A stretch of 64,000 bases of DNA from an uncultured Candidatus Saccharibacteria bacterium (GTDB taxonomy: Bacteria > Patescibacteriota > Minisyncoccia > Phycocordibacterales > DATDWN01), in the NCBI GenBank assembly GCA_964468795.1, contig CAYXWL010000001.1, positions 147,587 through 211,586 on the forward strand, read 5' to 3'. Shown piece after piece: positions 37,749 to 49,469 of this stretch (its first letter is position 1; each line of letters opens with the position of its first letter). The position numbers and the translations under genes were made by a program. The notes below the pieces were generated by a model that saw nothing but the letters and a program-made list of their open reading frames with translations, did no database searches and was not told the origin of the DNA.

Positions 37749-38618
37749 TTACCAACTCCCAGATGACCCGCCTCCACCAGAAGAACCACCGCCAAATCCG
37801 CCGAATCCCCCTCCACCTCCGAACCCTCCGCCTCCGCCTCTCATCCACCAAGGATAACTACCAGTAGATCGCATGCGACTGTAAGATTTTGAAACTACAT
37901 AGTCGAGGAATAATCCGAAAACAATCAAGGCAATAATTACAGGAATAGCCAATGCTATGGTAGCAATGAAAAAATGCCAAAGTACGAGACCGAACACTCC
38001 TCCCACCACCCCACCACCCCACCATGATTTAGATTGGGCAAGAATAGTGGTAATAACCTGAATTCCAAAAATAAACATTACAAACAAGACATCCCACGGG
38101 ATACTTTTCCCACTTGTAGAATAGTTTTCAGGCACTATGTCTGTTCCTCCAAGTGCCTCAATCATTTTATCCAGTGCACCGCTTATTCCTCCATAGTAAT
38201 CACCATTTCGAAAAGCTGGTGTTATAACCTCGCTTTGAATGTAAGAAGTTCCAATATCAGTTAGTTTGTCTTCAACTCCATATCCAGTATGAATTCTAGT
38301 TTTTCTGTCTTGCAGAGAAATAAGTAGAAGCGCACCGTTGTCTTTCCCTTTTTTTCCAATACCCCACTGTGTAAATATTTCCTGCGCTACATTTTCTATC
38401 GTATCACCATCGAGCGATGGAATGGTGACTATCGCGATCTCGTTTGTCGTATTTCGCTCATAATTCTCGAGCTTTGTCTCAAGAGATTGCCTTTGCTCTG
38501 CCGTGAGTATTTGAGCATAGTCCTGCACAAAACCTGTCGGACGTGTAGGCACAGTAAAAGCTCCGGCTATTGCTGGAAGAAAGAGGAATGCACTTAAAAT
38601 TGCTAGGAGTTTTTTCAT
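37749..38618 (-). CDS. TPM-domain protein (TM + Gly-rich tail)
   Basis: Signal peptide, TPM/DUF477 phosphatase-like domain, 2 TM, GGGFGGGG tail; ATG at 38618 preferred over the ORF-track GTG at 38642. Confidence 0.65.
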   Translation of the reverse strand: MKKLLAILSAFLFLPAIAGAFTVPTRPTGFVQDYAQILTAEQRQSLETKLENYERNTTNEIAIVTIPSLDGDTIENVAQEIFTQWGIGKKGKDNGALLLISLQDRKTRIHTGYGVEDKLTDIGTSYIQSEVITPAFRNGDYYGGISGALDKMIEALGGTDIVPENYSTSGKSIPWDVLFVMFIFGIQVITTILAQSKSWWGGGVVGGVFGLVLWHFFIATIALAIPVIIALIVFGLFLDYVVSKSYSRMRSTGSYPWWMRGGGGGFGGGGGFGGFGGGSSGGGGSSGSW

Positions 38619-38649
38619 ATGACTATGAATGTAAACTTTCACAATTTGA

Positions 38650-38745
38650 GTGAAATTCGACGTGAGAATTTGAAAATGTGAGAAGCTTTATTTAAAATAA
38701 AGTGACGAACATTTTCAAATTGGGAACGAGAAGTTCACCAAATTT
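38650..38745 (+). repeat. Family-2 intergenic hairpin repeat, copy A
   Basis: About 85% identical to the reverse complement of 41898..41994; internal perfect 13-bp stem aatttgaaaatgt/acattttcaaatt (38667..38679 / 38709..38721). Confidence 0.6.
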
Positions 38746-38751
38746 GGAAGT

Positions 38752-39330
38752 TTAGAAGTTAACTTTAGGAGCCTCTTGGTTCGCCTGTGGCACATTAAAG
38801 TAAGCATGCTCTCCAAAACCTGAAAGTTTTGCAATCAGAGCTGATGGAAATCTTTTTACTCCAGTATTGTATGTTTGTACAAGTTGATTATATTTCATTC
38901 TTTCAACAGAAATCCTGTTCTCCGTTCCTTCTAGAGAAACCATTAGATCTTTAAAGTTTTGGCTAGACTGTAGCTGAGGGTAATTTTCCGTAATTACAAG
39001 CAATCTTCCTAGAGCTGATTCAACTTGTGATGCAGCAGCCGCCTTTTCGTCAGCTGTTCTTGCTCCGGAATATCTCGTCCTAGCTTCAGCTATCTGACCA
39101 AATACTGTCTGCTCTTGAGTAGCAAATCCCTTCACTGTGTTTACAAGGTTAGGAATGAGATCGAATCGCCTCTGATATTGGTTTTCAACCTGAGCCCACT
39201 GACCTGTAATAGCCTCGTTCTGAGATACAAATGAATTGTATTGTCCAAAACCCCAAATAAACAATAGACCTAAAACCGCAAGTACAACCACCCACTTCAT
39301 ATTCCTTTGAAAAAAGTTCTGTTCTTCCAT
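38752..39330 (-). CDS. lemA: LemA family protein
   Basis: N-terminal TM + LemA domain; TPM partner gene adjacent. Confidence 0.8.
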   Translation of the reverse strand: MEEQNFFQRNMKWVVVLAVLGLLFIWGFGQYNSFVSQNEAITGQWAQVENQYQRRFDLIPNLVNTVKGFATQEQTVFGQIAEARTRYSGARTADEKAAAASQVESALGRLLVITENYPQLQSSQNFKDLMVSLEGTENRISVERMKYNQLVQTYNTGVKRFPSALIAKLSGFGEHAYFNVPQANQEAPKVNF

Positions 39331-39416
39331 GTTTTCAGATTAAGCTTTATAACTACAGTATTATACCAGAAAAAAGCGCTTAGTACATAAGACTACATGC
39401 CTTTGGTAATTAAATT

Positions 39417-41081
<1,665 letters not shown>

Positions 41082-41147
41082 TTATCTAGTACTTAGTAAG
41101 TTAAAATTTTTGATTTACTTGGTACTAGTTACTCGGTACTATCAAGT

Positions 41148-41516
41148 TTATTTTAATATTGCTAATATATTTTCCTCCTTAATCAAAAACAATTCTTCTC
41201 CATCAACTGTGATTTCTTCGTACCCGTATTTAGAGAAAGCCACCTTGTCGCCCACATTCAATCTAATGGAAACAAGCTTTCCATCCTTATATTCGCCAGG
41301 GCCAACAGCTAAAACTACGCCTTGCTCTGATTTATCTTTTGATCCAGAGTCTGGCAGGATGATCCCAAAATTATTTTTAGGCATAAGCTCTTCTTTAGTA
41401 AAAGGTCTTATCAAAACCCGGCTACCTAGAGGTAGTACTTTAGAAGAATCATTTTCTGCCACTTCTTTCCTTACAGAACCAGTTTTTTTAGAAACCTTTT
41501 TTGCAGTTTTCTTCAT
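41148..41516 (-). CDS. groS: co-chaperonin GroES (with about 25-aa Lys-rich N-terminal extension)
   Basis: GroES fold (…LPLGSRVLIRP…AVGPG…). Confidence 0.8.
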   Translation of the reverse strand: MKKTAKKVSKKTGSVRKEVAENDSSKVLPLGSRVLIRPFTKEELMPKNNFGIILPDSGSKDKSEQGVVLAVGPGEYKDGKLVSIRLNVGDKVAFSKYGYEEITVDGEELFLIKEENILAILK

Positions 41517-41622
41517 ATATATGTATTACCTTAACCAATAATATGTACTCGGATATTACAATATATTTAGCTTGCCGGTCAATTATATTTAAGCCTGATT
41601 ATAGCCGTCTTTTGGCATAATA

Positions 41623-41650
41623 TTGCAAAATCAGGCATTTCTGATATGAT
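41623..41650 (+). promoter_or_regulatory. sigma70-like promoter of secG (TTGCAA-16-TATGAT), near-leaderless
   Basis: -10 box ends about 10 nt before the secG ATG. Confidence 0.35.
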
Positions 41651-41660
41651 ATAGCCCAAC

Positions 41661-41891
41661 ATGAGTATGACTGAAATGATTCCGTATATTCAGATTGTAT
41701 TGGCAGTCCTCCTTATCGGAGGCATTCTCCTACAAAGATCAGAAGCTGCTCTAGGTAGCGCTTTTGGTGGCGGAGACGCATTCTCTACTGGATATCATAC
41801 AAAGCGAGGCGCAGAGAAGACGCTATTTGTAGCGACAATTGTTGTTGCTGTTTTATTCGTCTCTACCTCTTTCGCCCTCCTACTCATCTAA
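41661..41891 (+). CDS. secG: preprotein translocase subunit SecG
   Basis: 76 aa, two TM helices with Gly-rich loop (LGSAFGGGDAFSTGY). Confidence 0.7.
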   Translation: MSMTEMIPYIQIVLAVLLIGGILLQRSEAALGSAFGGGDAFSTGYHTKRGAEKTLFVATIVVAVLFVSTSFALLLI

Positions 41892-41897
41892 ATCTTT

Positions 41898-41994
41898 AAA
41901 TTTGGCGAACTTCTCGTTCCCAGTTTAGAAATGCTCGTTAACTTATATCTAAATAAGGCTCCTCGCATTTCTAAACTCTCACGTCGAATTTCGC
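41898..41994 (-). repeat. Family-2 intergenic hairpin repeat, copy B (inverted)
   Basis: Reverse complement aligns to 38650..38745; internal 11-bp stem gtttagaaatg/catttctaaac with compensatory changes relative to copy A. Confidence 0.6.
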
Positions 41995-42035
41995 ACAAAT
42001 TAAAAGATTTCACATATTAAGATAAACCTAATCTC

Positions 42036-43784
42036 GTGAAAGAATTTTTCAAAAATCTAGCTAAGAAAGAATGGAGAGTTCCATATTCTGAAAAGCTTTT
42101 AAATATAATCAAATCTTTTTCACTGACAGAAAAAGCCATCTTTTCCGTATTCTCATTTATTTTCATAGTGACTGGCCTCACTCTGCTTTTCCAAGTAAAC
42201 AAGCTTTTCTTGGTGCAAGTGCCAGAGTACGGCGGAAGCCTGACAGAAGGTATAGTGGGTTCTCCTAGGTTCGTAAACCCTCTGCTCGCATCAAGCGACA
42301 TAGACAAGGATCTAACTTCTCTCATTTACTCGGGACTAATAAAAGTAAACTCGAGCGGAGAGCTAGTGCCTGATCTTGCAGAAAGCTACAGCATATCGGA
42401 TGACGGGCTTACATATACATTTGTACTCAAGGACAATATTTATTTTCACGACGGCGTAAAAGTTACAGTTGATGATGTTATTTTTACAATAGAAAAAGCT
42501 CAGGATCCTTCACTGAAAAGCCCAAGAGAATCGAACTGGAGCGGAGTTAGGGTAAACAGGATTAATGACAAGACAGTTTCGTTTACGCTAAAACAGCCCT
42601 ATTCGCCTTTTATACAAAATGCAACATTAGGAATTCTTCCTAAGCACATATGGAAAACGGCAAGCATAGAAGAGTTTCCTTTTAGCCAATATAATACAAA
42701 ACCGATTGGCTCCGGACCATACAAAGTAAATTCAATCGCATATACCGGAAGCGGGCTTCCTTCTGAATATGAGCTCAAGTCTTTTAAAAAATACAGCCTC
42801 GGCCAGCCTTATATAACCACCCTTACGATTAAGTCGTATCAAAATGAAAACGACCTTATTCAGGCTTATAAAAATGGCGACATAGAAAGCGTCGGTGGTG
42901 TCAGTCCAAAACAAATGACTGAATTAAAATCAAAGAAGAACCAAGAAACTGTCTTGTCTCCTTTGCCAAGAATATTCGGGGTATTCTTTAATCAAAATAC
43001 CGCTCAGGTATTTGTTAATAAGGAAGTAAGACAGGCTCTCGATACAGCCATAGACAAGCAAAAGATAGTAGAGACCATACTCGGAGGATACGGCATGGTT
43101 ATAGACGGACCAGTTCCTGTGAAAACTCTTTCGCAGAAAACCAGCACGACAACCGAAGAAGCAAGAATAGATGCCGCCAAAAAAATCCTTGAAAAGAATG
43201 GCTGGAAGCTAAACTCTAGCGGTATCATGGAAAAAAGAGACAAGAAATCAGCTACCACCCTTTCCTTCTCGATTTCAACCGGAAATGCACCTGAATTGAA
43301 AGAGACGGCTTATATGCTTCAGAAAGAATGGCAGAAAATCGGAGCTCTGGTTGAAGTCAAGATATTTGAGATTGGAGACTTGAACCAGAATATAATAAAG
43401 CCTAGAAAGTATGACGCTCTGCTATTCGGAGAGGTCGTGGGAAGAGACATGGACCTTTATCCGTTCTGGCACTCATCTGAAAGAACTAATCCTGGACTCA
43501 ATATCGCCCTTTACACAAACCTAAAGACAGACAAAATTCTTGAGAGCATCAGAAAAACATCTGACCCAGACGATCAAAAACAGCTATTCGAAAATTTCAG
43601 CAAAGAAGTAAAAAATGACATGCCTGCTGTATTTACATACTCTCCTTACTACATCTATCTTGTTCCTTCGAAAGTTGAAAACCTCAAGGTGGGAACAATA
43701 GATACGCCTTCGGAAAGGTTCAGCGACATAAGTTCCTGGTACATAGAGACAAATAATGTATGGAGCGTATTTGCAAGAAAATAA
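42036..43784 (+). CDS. ABC transporter substrate-binding protein, family 5 (oligopeptide/nickel type), membrane-anchored
   Basis: 582 aa, SBP_bac_5-like with N-terminal TM. Confidence 0.7.
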   Translation: MKEFFKNLAKKEWRVPYSEKLLNIIKSFSLTEKAIFSVFSFIFIVTGLTLLFQVNKLFLVQVPEYGGSLTEGIVGSPRFVNPLLASSDIDKDLTSLIYSGLIKVNSSGELVPDLAESYSISDDGLTYTFVLKDNIYFHDGVKVTVDDVIFTIEKAQDPSLKSPRESNWSGVRVNRINDKTVSFTLKQPYSPFIQNATLGILPKHIWKTASIEEFPFSQYNTKPIGSGPYKVNSIAYTGSGLPSEYELKSFKKYSLGQPYITTLTIKSYQNENDLIQAYKNGDIESVGGVSPKQMTELKSKKNQETVLSPLPRIFGVFFNQNTAQVFVNKEVRQALDTAIDKQKIVETILGGYGMVIDGPVPVKTLSQKTSTTTEEARIDAAKKILEKNGWKLNSSGIMEKRDKKSATTLSFSISTGNAPELKETAYMLQKEWQKIGALVEVKIFEIGDLNQNIIKPRKYDALLFGEVVGRDMDLYPFWHSSERTNPGLNIALYTNLKTDKILESIRKTSDPDDQKQLFENFSKEVKNDMPAVFTYSPYYIYLVPSKVENLKVGTIDTPSERFSDISSWYIETNNVWSVFARK

Positions 43785-43812
43785 TTAAAAATTAAAAGAA
43801 ATAAAAATAATC

Positions 43813-45639
43813 ATGGATACAGAACACAAATCAGAACACAGAAGCGAGACGAAAAGATCTCCTCTGCACAGAAGAAGAGATACCGGAAAGAGATCTTATT
43901 CTCGACGAGACATTCCTTTGAAGATGACCAAAAAAGTAGATGACGTCATCCCTCCTATCGGAGACAATATTAGAATCATACCTCTTGGAGGAGTAGAGGA
44001 AATCGGAAAAAACATGACAGCAGTAGAATTCGGAAACGATATAATAGTTCTCGATATGGGTTTTGCGTTCAAGGACGACGATACTCCAGGAATAGATTAT
44101 ATTCTGCCGAATACCAAATATCTCGAAGACAGGAAAGACAAGATACGAGGAGTTATCATAACTCACGGACACTTGGATCACATTGGCGGAATTCCATACA
44201 TCATGGACAGAATAGGCAATCCTCCAATGTATACGAGGGCGCTTTCTAGTATCATGATCAAGAAAAGGCAGGATGAGTTCCCTCACCTCCCAGCTCTAGA
44301 CATAAGGGTTGTTGAAAAAGACGACACAATTACTTTAGGAAACCTGAAGGTAAGATTCTTCAACGTAACTCACACGATTCCTGATTCAATGGGAGTTATT
44401 ATCGATACGCCATACGGTTCAGTCGTTACTCCTGGAGACATCAAACTTGATCACGTTGACGGAGTGCCAACAGAAGCTGAAGAAAAAGAATTCAATAAAT
44501 TCAAGAAAGAAAATGTGCTTCTTCTTATGATGGATTCAACGAACGTTGATAACCCAGGCTTCTCTACGCCAGAAAGGATAGTTCATGATAACTTGGACAA
44601 TATTATAAAAAATACAAAAGGCAGGCTTGTCATCGGTACTTTCGCATCACAGCTCGAGCGAGTAATGAAAATTATTCAAATTGCTGAAAAGTACGGAAAG
44701 AAAGTGGTAGTCGAAGGCCGAAGCATGAAGAACAACATAGAAATAGTGCTTCACATGGGAATGCTAAAAGTGAAAGATGATACTATCATCACAAATGCTG
44801 AAATGGAGAACTACCCTCCAGATAGGATAATTGTTCTCGCAACTGGAGCTCAGGGAGATGAGTTCGCAGCTTTGATGAGAATGTCTAACAAGACGCACAA
44901 ATACTTCAGGCTTACACCTAGGGACACAGTCCTGCTTTCATCATCTATTATTCCCGGAAATGAAAAAGCTGTGCAGAAGCTGAAAGACAATCTCGCAAGG
45001 CAGGGAGCAAAGATTATCCACTACAGAACTTCTGATGTTTACATCCACTCGACAGGACACGGAAACAGAGGTGAATTGGAATGGATACACAAGAAAGTCG
45101 GGGCAAAATTCTTTATGCCGATTCACGGAACTCACTATATGCTTAGAGTGCATGAGGACTTGGCTGAAAATATTATAGGAATGCCAAAAGACCACATCAT
45201 CGTTCCGGATAACGGATCAATACTTGAAATTCAGGATCATGGAAACAAGTTTGTACGGCTAAAGGAGTCTGCACCTGGTGCGGGCATGATGGTTGACGGC
45301 TTCTCTATCGGAGACGTGCAGGAAATGGTTATGCGAGACCGAAAAATGCTTGCTCAGGACGGAATATTCCTCATCGTAGTGTCTATAAACACTAAAACGG
45401 GAAAGTTAAAAAAATCTCCTGACATCATTTCCAGAGGATTCGTCTACTTGCGAGAATCTCAAGAACTCCTAAACCAGGCCAGAATGATAATAAAGAAGAC
45501 AGTCGAAGAAACTACAAAGGGCATGAACCCGATAAACTTCGATTTCGTAAAATCACAGCTTTCAGACGATATCGGCAGATTCCTATTCCAAAAAACAGCA
45601 AAGAAGCCTATCGTTATCCCAGTTATACTTGGAGTTTAA
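43813..45639 (+). CDS. rnj: ribonuclease J
   Basis: Metallo-beta-lactamase HxHxDH (ITHGHLDHIGG), beta-CASP and RNase J C-domain; basic N-terminal extension. Confidence 0.85.
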   Translation: MDTEHKSEHRSETKRSPLHRRRDTGKRSYSRRDIPLKMTKKVDDVIPPIGDNIRIIPLGGVEEIGKNMTAVEFGNDIIVLDMGFAFKDDDTPGIDYILPNTKYLEDRKDKIRGVIITHGHLDHIGGIPYIMDRIGNPPMYTRALSSIMIKKRQDEFPHLPALDIRVVEKDDTITLGNLKVRFFNVTHTIPDSMGVIIDTPYGSVVTPGDIKLDHVDGVPTEAEEKEFNKFKKENVLLLMMDSTNVDNPGFSTPERIVHDNLDNIIKNTKGRLVIGTFASQLERVMKIIQIAEKYGKKVVVEGRSMKNNIEIVLHMGMLKVKDDTIITNAEMENYPPDRIIVLATGAQGDEFAALMRMSNKTHKYFRLTPRDTVLLSSSIIPGNEKAVQKLKDNLARQGAKIIHYRTSDVYIHSTGHGNRGELEWIHKKVGAKFFMPIHGTHYMLRVHEDLAENIIGMPKDHIIVPDNGSILEIQDHGNKFVRLKESAPGAGMMVDGFSIGDVQEMVMRDRKMLAQDGIFLIVVSINTKTGKLKKSPDIISRGFVYLRESQELLNQARMIIKKTVEETTKGMNPINFDFVKSQLSDDIGRFLFQKTAKKPIVIPVILGV

Positions 45640-45675
45640 AATTACAAAAAGTTTTTTTAGGGTATAATATTTAGC

Positions 45676-46851
45676 ATGGATAGATTGCTAATACCCTTTA
45701 AACAAAATGTTCTTTTGAACACTCTGTTTTTTTCGAACTTCTTTCTCTCTCTACATTACGCTCTTATCATATACATAAACTCCTCTTTCCTTTCTGTGTT
45801 TTTCAAGGAAACACAGGTTTCTGCCCTATTCATGATAGGGTCTATTGTGGGAACTGCTGTGCTGATAATCGCTTCGCGAATTCTAGACGGAGTCGGAGTG
45901 TACAGATTTACCCGTGGCACGATAGTTATAGAGGCTTTAGCCACTTTGGGCATGGCAGTATCAACATCAGCTTCGCTATCAGCGATATTCTTTGTCATAC
46001 ACATGGCAAATATCGGGTTGGTTCTGTTCAATATGGATGTCTTGGTTGAAAGCATACCTCTTGATGGCAATATTATGGGAGAAATAAGGGCAACTTACCT
46101 TACAATAACAAACTTAACTATAGTTCTGGCCCCACTCCTAATTTCACTTATTCTGACGGACAGCATGTATGGCTACATTTACCTTTTATCATCACTCTCC
46201 CTTTTGCCCATGTATTTACTTACAAAGAGATTTAGAGACATAAAAGAAGACAAAATACAGCACATAAGCGTTAGAGATACTGTATCGGCATACACAAAAA
46301 ACGCTGACCTATTTAATATTTATATATGCCATCAGTTGCTCCAGCTTTTCTATGCTTTCATGACTGTTTATACCCCGATTTACCTGCACAAATATATGGG
46401 CTTTAGTTGGACAGAAATCGGAGGAATATTTACCATCATGCTTCTGCCTTTCGTCCTTTTCGAGCTTCCCTTAGGCGAACTGTCAGATGAAAAGTACGGA
46501 GAATCTGAGTTTCTTACAATCGGATTTATAATCATGGGAATATCCACCCTCTTTATGAGCTTTGTAACCATTAAGTCCTTTTGGATCTGGGCCACTATAC
46601 TTTTTATAACCAGAACAGGCGCGAGCTTCGTCGAAATAAGTAGCGAAAGCTACTTCTTCAAGAAAGTTAAACGTGAAGAAACGGATGTAATTAGCTTTTT
46701 TAGAATCAGCAGACCTCTTTCATTTATAATAGCTCCTATACTTGCAACTATTGCGTTAGAGTTCGTGCCATTTGAGTATATTTTTATAGCAATTGGTTCA
46801 ATAATGATCGTTGGAACCCACTACAGCATGACGCTTAAAGATACTAAGTAG
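45676..46851 (+). CDS. MFS-type transporter (about 12 TM)
   Basis: Hydropathy pattern and length; TATAAT 9 nt upstream of ATG. Confidence 0.6.
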   Translation: MDRLLIPFKQNVLLNTLFFSNFFLSLHYALIIYINSSFLSVFFKETQVSALFMIGSIVGTAVLIIASRILDGVGVYRFTRGTIVIEALATLGMAVSTSASLSAIFFVIHMANIGLVLFNMDVLVESIPLDGNIMGEIRATYLTITNLTIVLAPLLISLILTDSMYGYIYLLSSLSLLPMYLLTKRFRDIKEDKIQHISVRDTVSAYTKNADLFNIYICHQLLQLFYAFMTVYTPIYLHKYMGFSWTEIGGIFTIMLLPFVLFELPLGELSDEKYGESEFLTIGFIIMGISTLFMSFVTIKSFWIWATILFITRTGASFVEISSESYFFKKVKREETDVISFFRISRPLSFIIAPILATIALEFVPFEYIFIAIGSIMIVGTHYSMTLKDTK

Positions 46852-47239
46852 TCTTCTTTTTTGCTCTTCTTTTAGGCTTATCTTCCAGCCCCTTCTCAGA
46901 TTTTTCTTTTCTCGCATCAATATATTTTTTTATGTTACCCCAATGTTTTCTTAAATCTTTGACCAAGTCTTCGACATCTGCCCTGTCTATATTTTTAAGG
47001 CTTGAATACTTCTTGAGAACTTTATCTATGATCTCATTGTATCTTTGCTCGTCTATATCCCTTAGAGTTTCAATTTTTTCCAGAACTTCTCCTTTTGCCC
47101 TCAGCATCCATCCTCGGACTTTTGCTCTATTTTTAGGACCTTCTTTTGATCCATACAAGTAATATGCACCAGCAATGCCAGCCACTATCATCCCAATTCC
47201 CAAACCAACTGGAATCTTTCCATTTTTATTTTTGTCCAT
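46844..47239 (-). CDS. YtxH-like membrane protein
   Basis: N-terminal TM followed by a charged helical region. Confidence 0.4.
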   Translation of the reverse strand: MDKNKNGKIPVGLGIGMIVAGIAGAYYLYGSKEGPKNRAKVRGWMLRAKGEVLEKIETLRDIDEQRYNEIIDKVLKKYSSLKNIDRADVEDLVKDLRKHWGNIKKYIDARKEKSEKGLEDKPKRRAKKKTT

Positions 47240-47256
47240 AATATTAAAAAATTAGA

Positions 47257-47544
47257 TTATAATTCCTCTTCCTTTTTTCGGCTCCTAGGCTTTGTCTTTC
47301 TCTGAACAAAGCTCGATATAAGGTTCAAAACAAACAATCCTCTATTTTTGGTTTCTTGCCTCATGTATTCGATATCATCTAGTAGGAGCTCGCCCTCTTT
47401 TTTTGCTTTTTCCATTAAATCTCTCACATCTCTCAGTATCAAAATCACATAGTACACAACAATTATAATTCCAATTGATATAATTGTGATGAAAACCGTG
47501 GTTACTACAAAAAATATGTCTGCTTTTAGTATGCTTGTGTCCAT
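47257..47544 (-). CDS. small membrane protein (hypothetical)
   Basis: TM helix + charged tail. Confidence 0.3.
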   Translation of the reverse strand: MDTSILKADIFFVVTTVFITIISIGIIIVVYYVILILRDVRDLMEKAKKEGELLLDDIEYMRQETKNRGLFVLNLISSFVQRKTKPRSRKKEEEL

Positions 47545-47562
47545 ACCTGCATACTACCACAC

Positions 47563-49467
47563 CTAGATTAAGCTTTCGAGTAGTTTTTTTAATGAAATAG
47601 AGGCAACGCTGATAACTGAGTCTGCTCCGCCGTAATAAATAATCAATTCATCCTTGTTTAGCACCGCTCCGCACGGGAATACAACATAGTTCACCTGTCC
47701 TTCAATTTCGTACGCATCCTTTGGCTCAAACAAAGCATCTGTTGTCCTGGCTATAACTTTTGTAGGGTCATTCAAGTCAAGAAGTGCGGCTCCAACCCTG
47801 TATCTAGATCTGTTTGATACTCCGTGATAAATAAGTAACCAGCCTTTTGAAGTTTTTATTGGCTGAGTTGAAATTCCTACTTTTACTGAATCCCACATGC
47901 CTTTTCTCGGCCTAAGGATCGGGATATTCTGAAAATTATTCTTCTCTCTAAACTCAGGGGTAGAGCCGAAATCTCCGCAAATATAATTATTGACTCTGTG
48001 GTACAAAAAGTATTTTCCATTTATCTTTTCTGGGTGCAAACATCCGTCTTTATCATCTACTCCGTCTCGAGTAACCAAAACAGGCTTTTTCCATATCCAT
48101 TTTTTAGCAATAAAATTCTTTTCTGATATGGAAGTAATGGCGACTGCGGGAGGAGTGATGCCGTTGTAAGCCGTATAGCACATATATATCGTGTCTCCTA
48201 TCTGAGTGAGGCGAGGATCTTCGCATCCAGAATTTCCTCCAGGCACTCTCTTTTCCTCAAATGATTCTCTCGGAACATAAATCGGCTTGTCGTACCTCGC
48301 GGAAATATTATATCCGTCATTGCTCTCTGCCAATCCCAGAGTAGAAGTATTGTCATCCGACATAGCACGATAGACGATATAAGTTGTATTGCCTAATTTT
48401 ATCGAGGCAGGGTTAAATATAGCCTTTGATTCCCAGGAAAATTCTTTTCGTGGCAAAAGTATCGGATTCAAATGGATTCTCTTGAAGCCGTCCTCTATTC
48501 TTGGCTCTTTCATGCTAGTTAAAAGAGCATCAAGGTTAACTTCTGCAACAGCACAAGTGGTATCGGTAGCTCCATAGTAAATCATGAGCTTGTCTTTTTT
48601 TATCAAAGCTCCGCTTGGAAAAACAATATTTTCTGCTTGGCCGAATTTCTCATATGATTCCTCGGGTACAAGCAAAGATCCTCTTGTGCTTCCAATTACT
48701 TTCTTTGGATTTTTAGAATCTAGGAGCAATGCTCTTACGCCAAATATCTTATTATTCGAGAAATAATCGTTTATATGTGAGTAAACAAGAAGCCATCCAT
48801 CCTTTGTCTTTACTGGCGTTGCGCCTACCTCCACCTGATCACCTGAAACCACTAGAGGAACCTCGAGTATATGCTTGCCCAGTTCCTTATACCATTTGTT
48901 CCAATACTTCTCATCCCACATTTGTTCAATATCTGAAAATTCTGCAATGGCAATTTTTGACGGAGGTCTGTCAGTATTGACTGCAAGTATAGCTACAAAT
49001 TTTCCGTTAATTTTTTCAGGAAAAAGTGTCATGGCTTTGGCATTGAAAGGGGTGATAAGGTGCTTTTCAGAAATTGTTTTCATGTCCTTGCTTATGGCAA
49101 GACCTACTTTTATTCCATCCCCGCTAAATGGAAACGTTGAAAGCGCAGTATAGAAAATATAATATTTACCACCAATCTTCGTTACTCTGGGGTCCTCGCA
49201 CCCGAATCTTTCCCAAAAATGCTCTGGGTAAATAAATTTTTCTCGCTTGTTAAAATTTATGCCGTCCTTGCTTGTCGCCTTTCCGACAACCGACATTGAA
49301 AAGCTCCCGCCTTCAAATTTTTCAGGCATAGACTGTGCACGGTAAACTATATCTATATTATTCCCCACTTCTATAGGATTCGGATTGAAAGCAGAATAGC
49401 TTTCGAAAGCGTGTTCTTTGATTGGAGATAATATTGGATTCTTGGGAGATCTTTTTACAACAAACAT
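47563..49467 (-). CDS. tandem-duplicated GH130-like (DUF377) glycoside phosphorylase
   Basis: Two repeats of a GH130/beta-propeller-like domain (…CEDPR…, …GATDT…); 634 aa. Confidence 0.55.
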   Translation of the reverse strand: MFVVKRSPKNPILSPIKEHAFESYSAFNPNPIEVGNNIDIVYRAQSMPEKFEGGSFSMSVVGKATSKDGINFNKREKFIYPEHFWERFGCEDPRVTKIGGKYYIFYTALSTFPFSGDGIKVGLAISKDMKTISEKHLITPFNAKAMTLFPEKINGKFVAILAVNTDRPPSKIAIAEFSDIEQMWDEKYWNKWYKELGKHILEVPLVVSGDQVEVGATPVKTKDGWLLVYSHINDYFSNNKIFGVRALLLDSKNPKKVIGSTRGSLLVPEESYEKFGQAENIVFPSGALIKKDKLMIYYGATDTTCAVAEVNLDALLTSMKEPRIEDGFKRIHLNPILLPRKEFSWESKAIFNPASIKLGNTTYIVYRAMSDDNTSTLGLAESNDGYNISARYDKPIYVPRESFEEKRVPGGNSGCEDPRLTQIGDTIYMCYTAYNGITPPAVAITSISEKNFIAKKWIWKKPVLVTRDGVDDKDGCLHPEKINGKYFLYHRVNNYICGDFGSTPEFREKNNFQNIPILRPRKGMWDSVKVGISTQPIKTSKGWLLIYHGVSNRSRYRVGAALLDLNDPTKVIARTTDALFEPKDAYEIEGQVNYVVFPCGAVLNKDELIIYYGGADSVISVASISLKKLLESLI

Positions 49468-49469
49468 GA

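Noticed and set aside
41517-41660. CIRCE/HrcA operator upstream of groES
   Set aside because: No TTAGCACTC-N9-GAGTGCTAA-like inverted repeat present; only a sigma70-like promoter.
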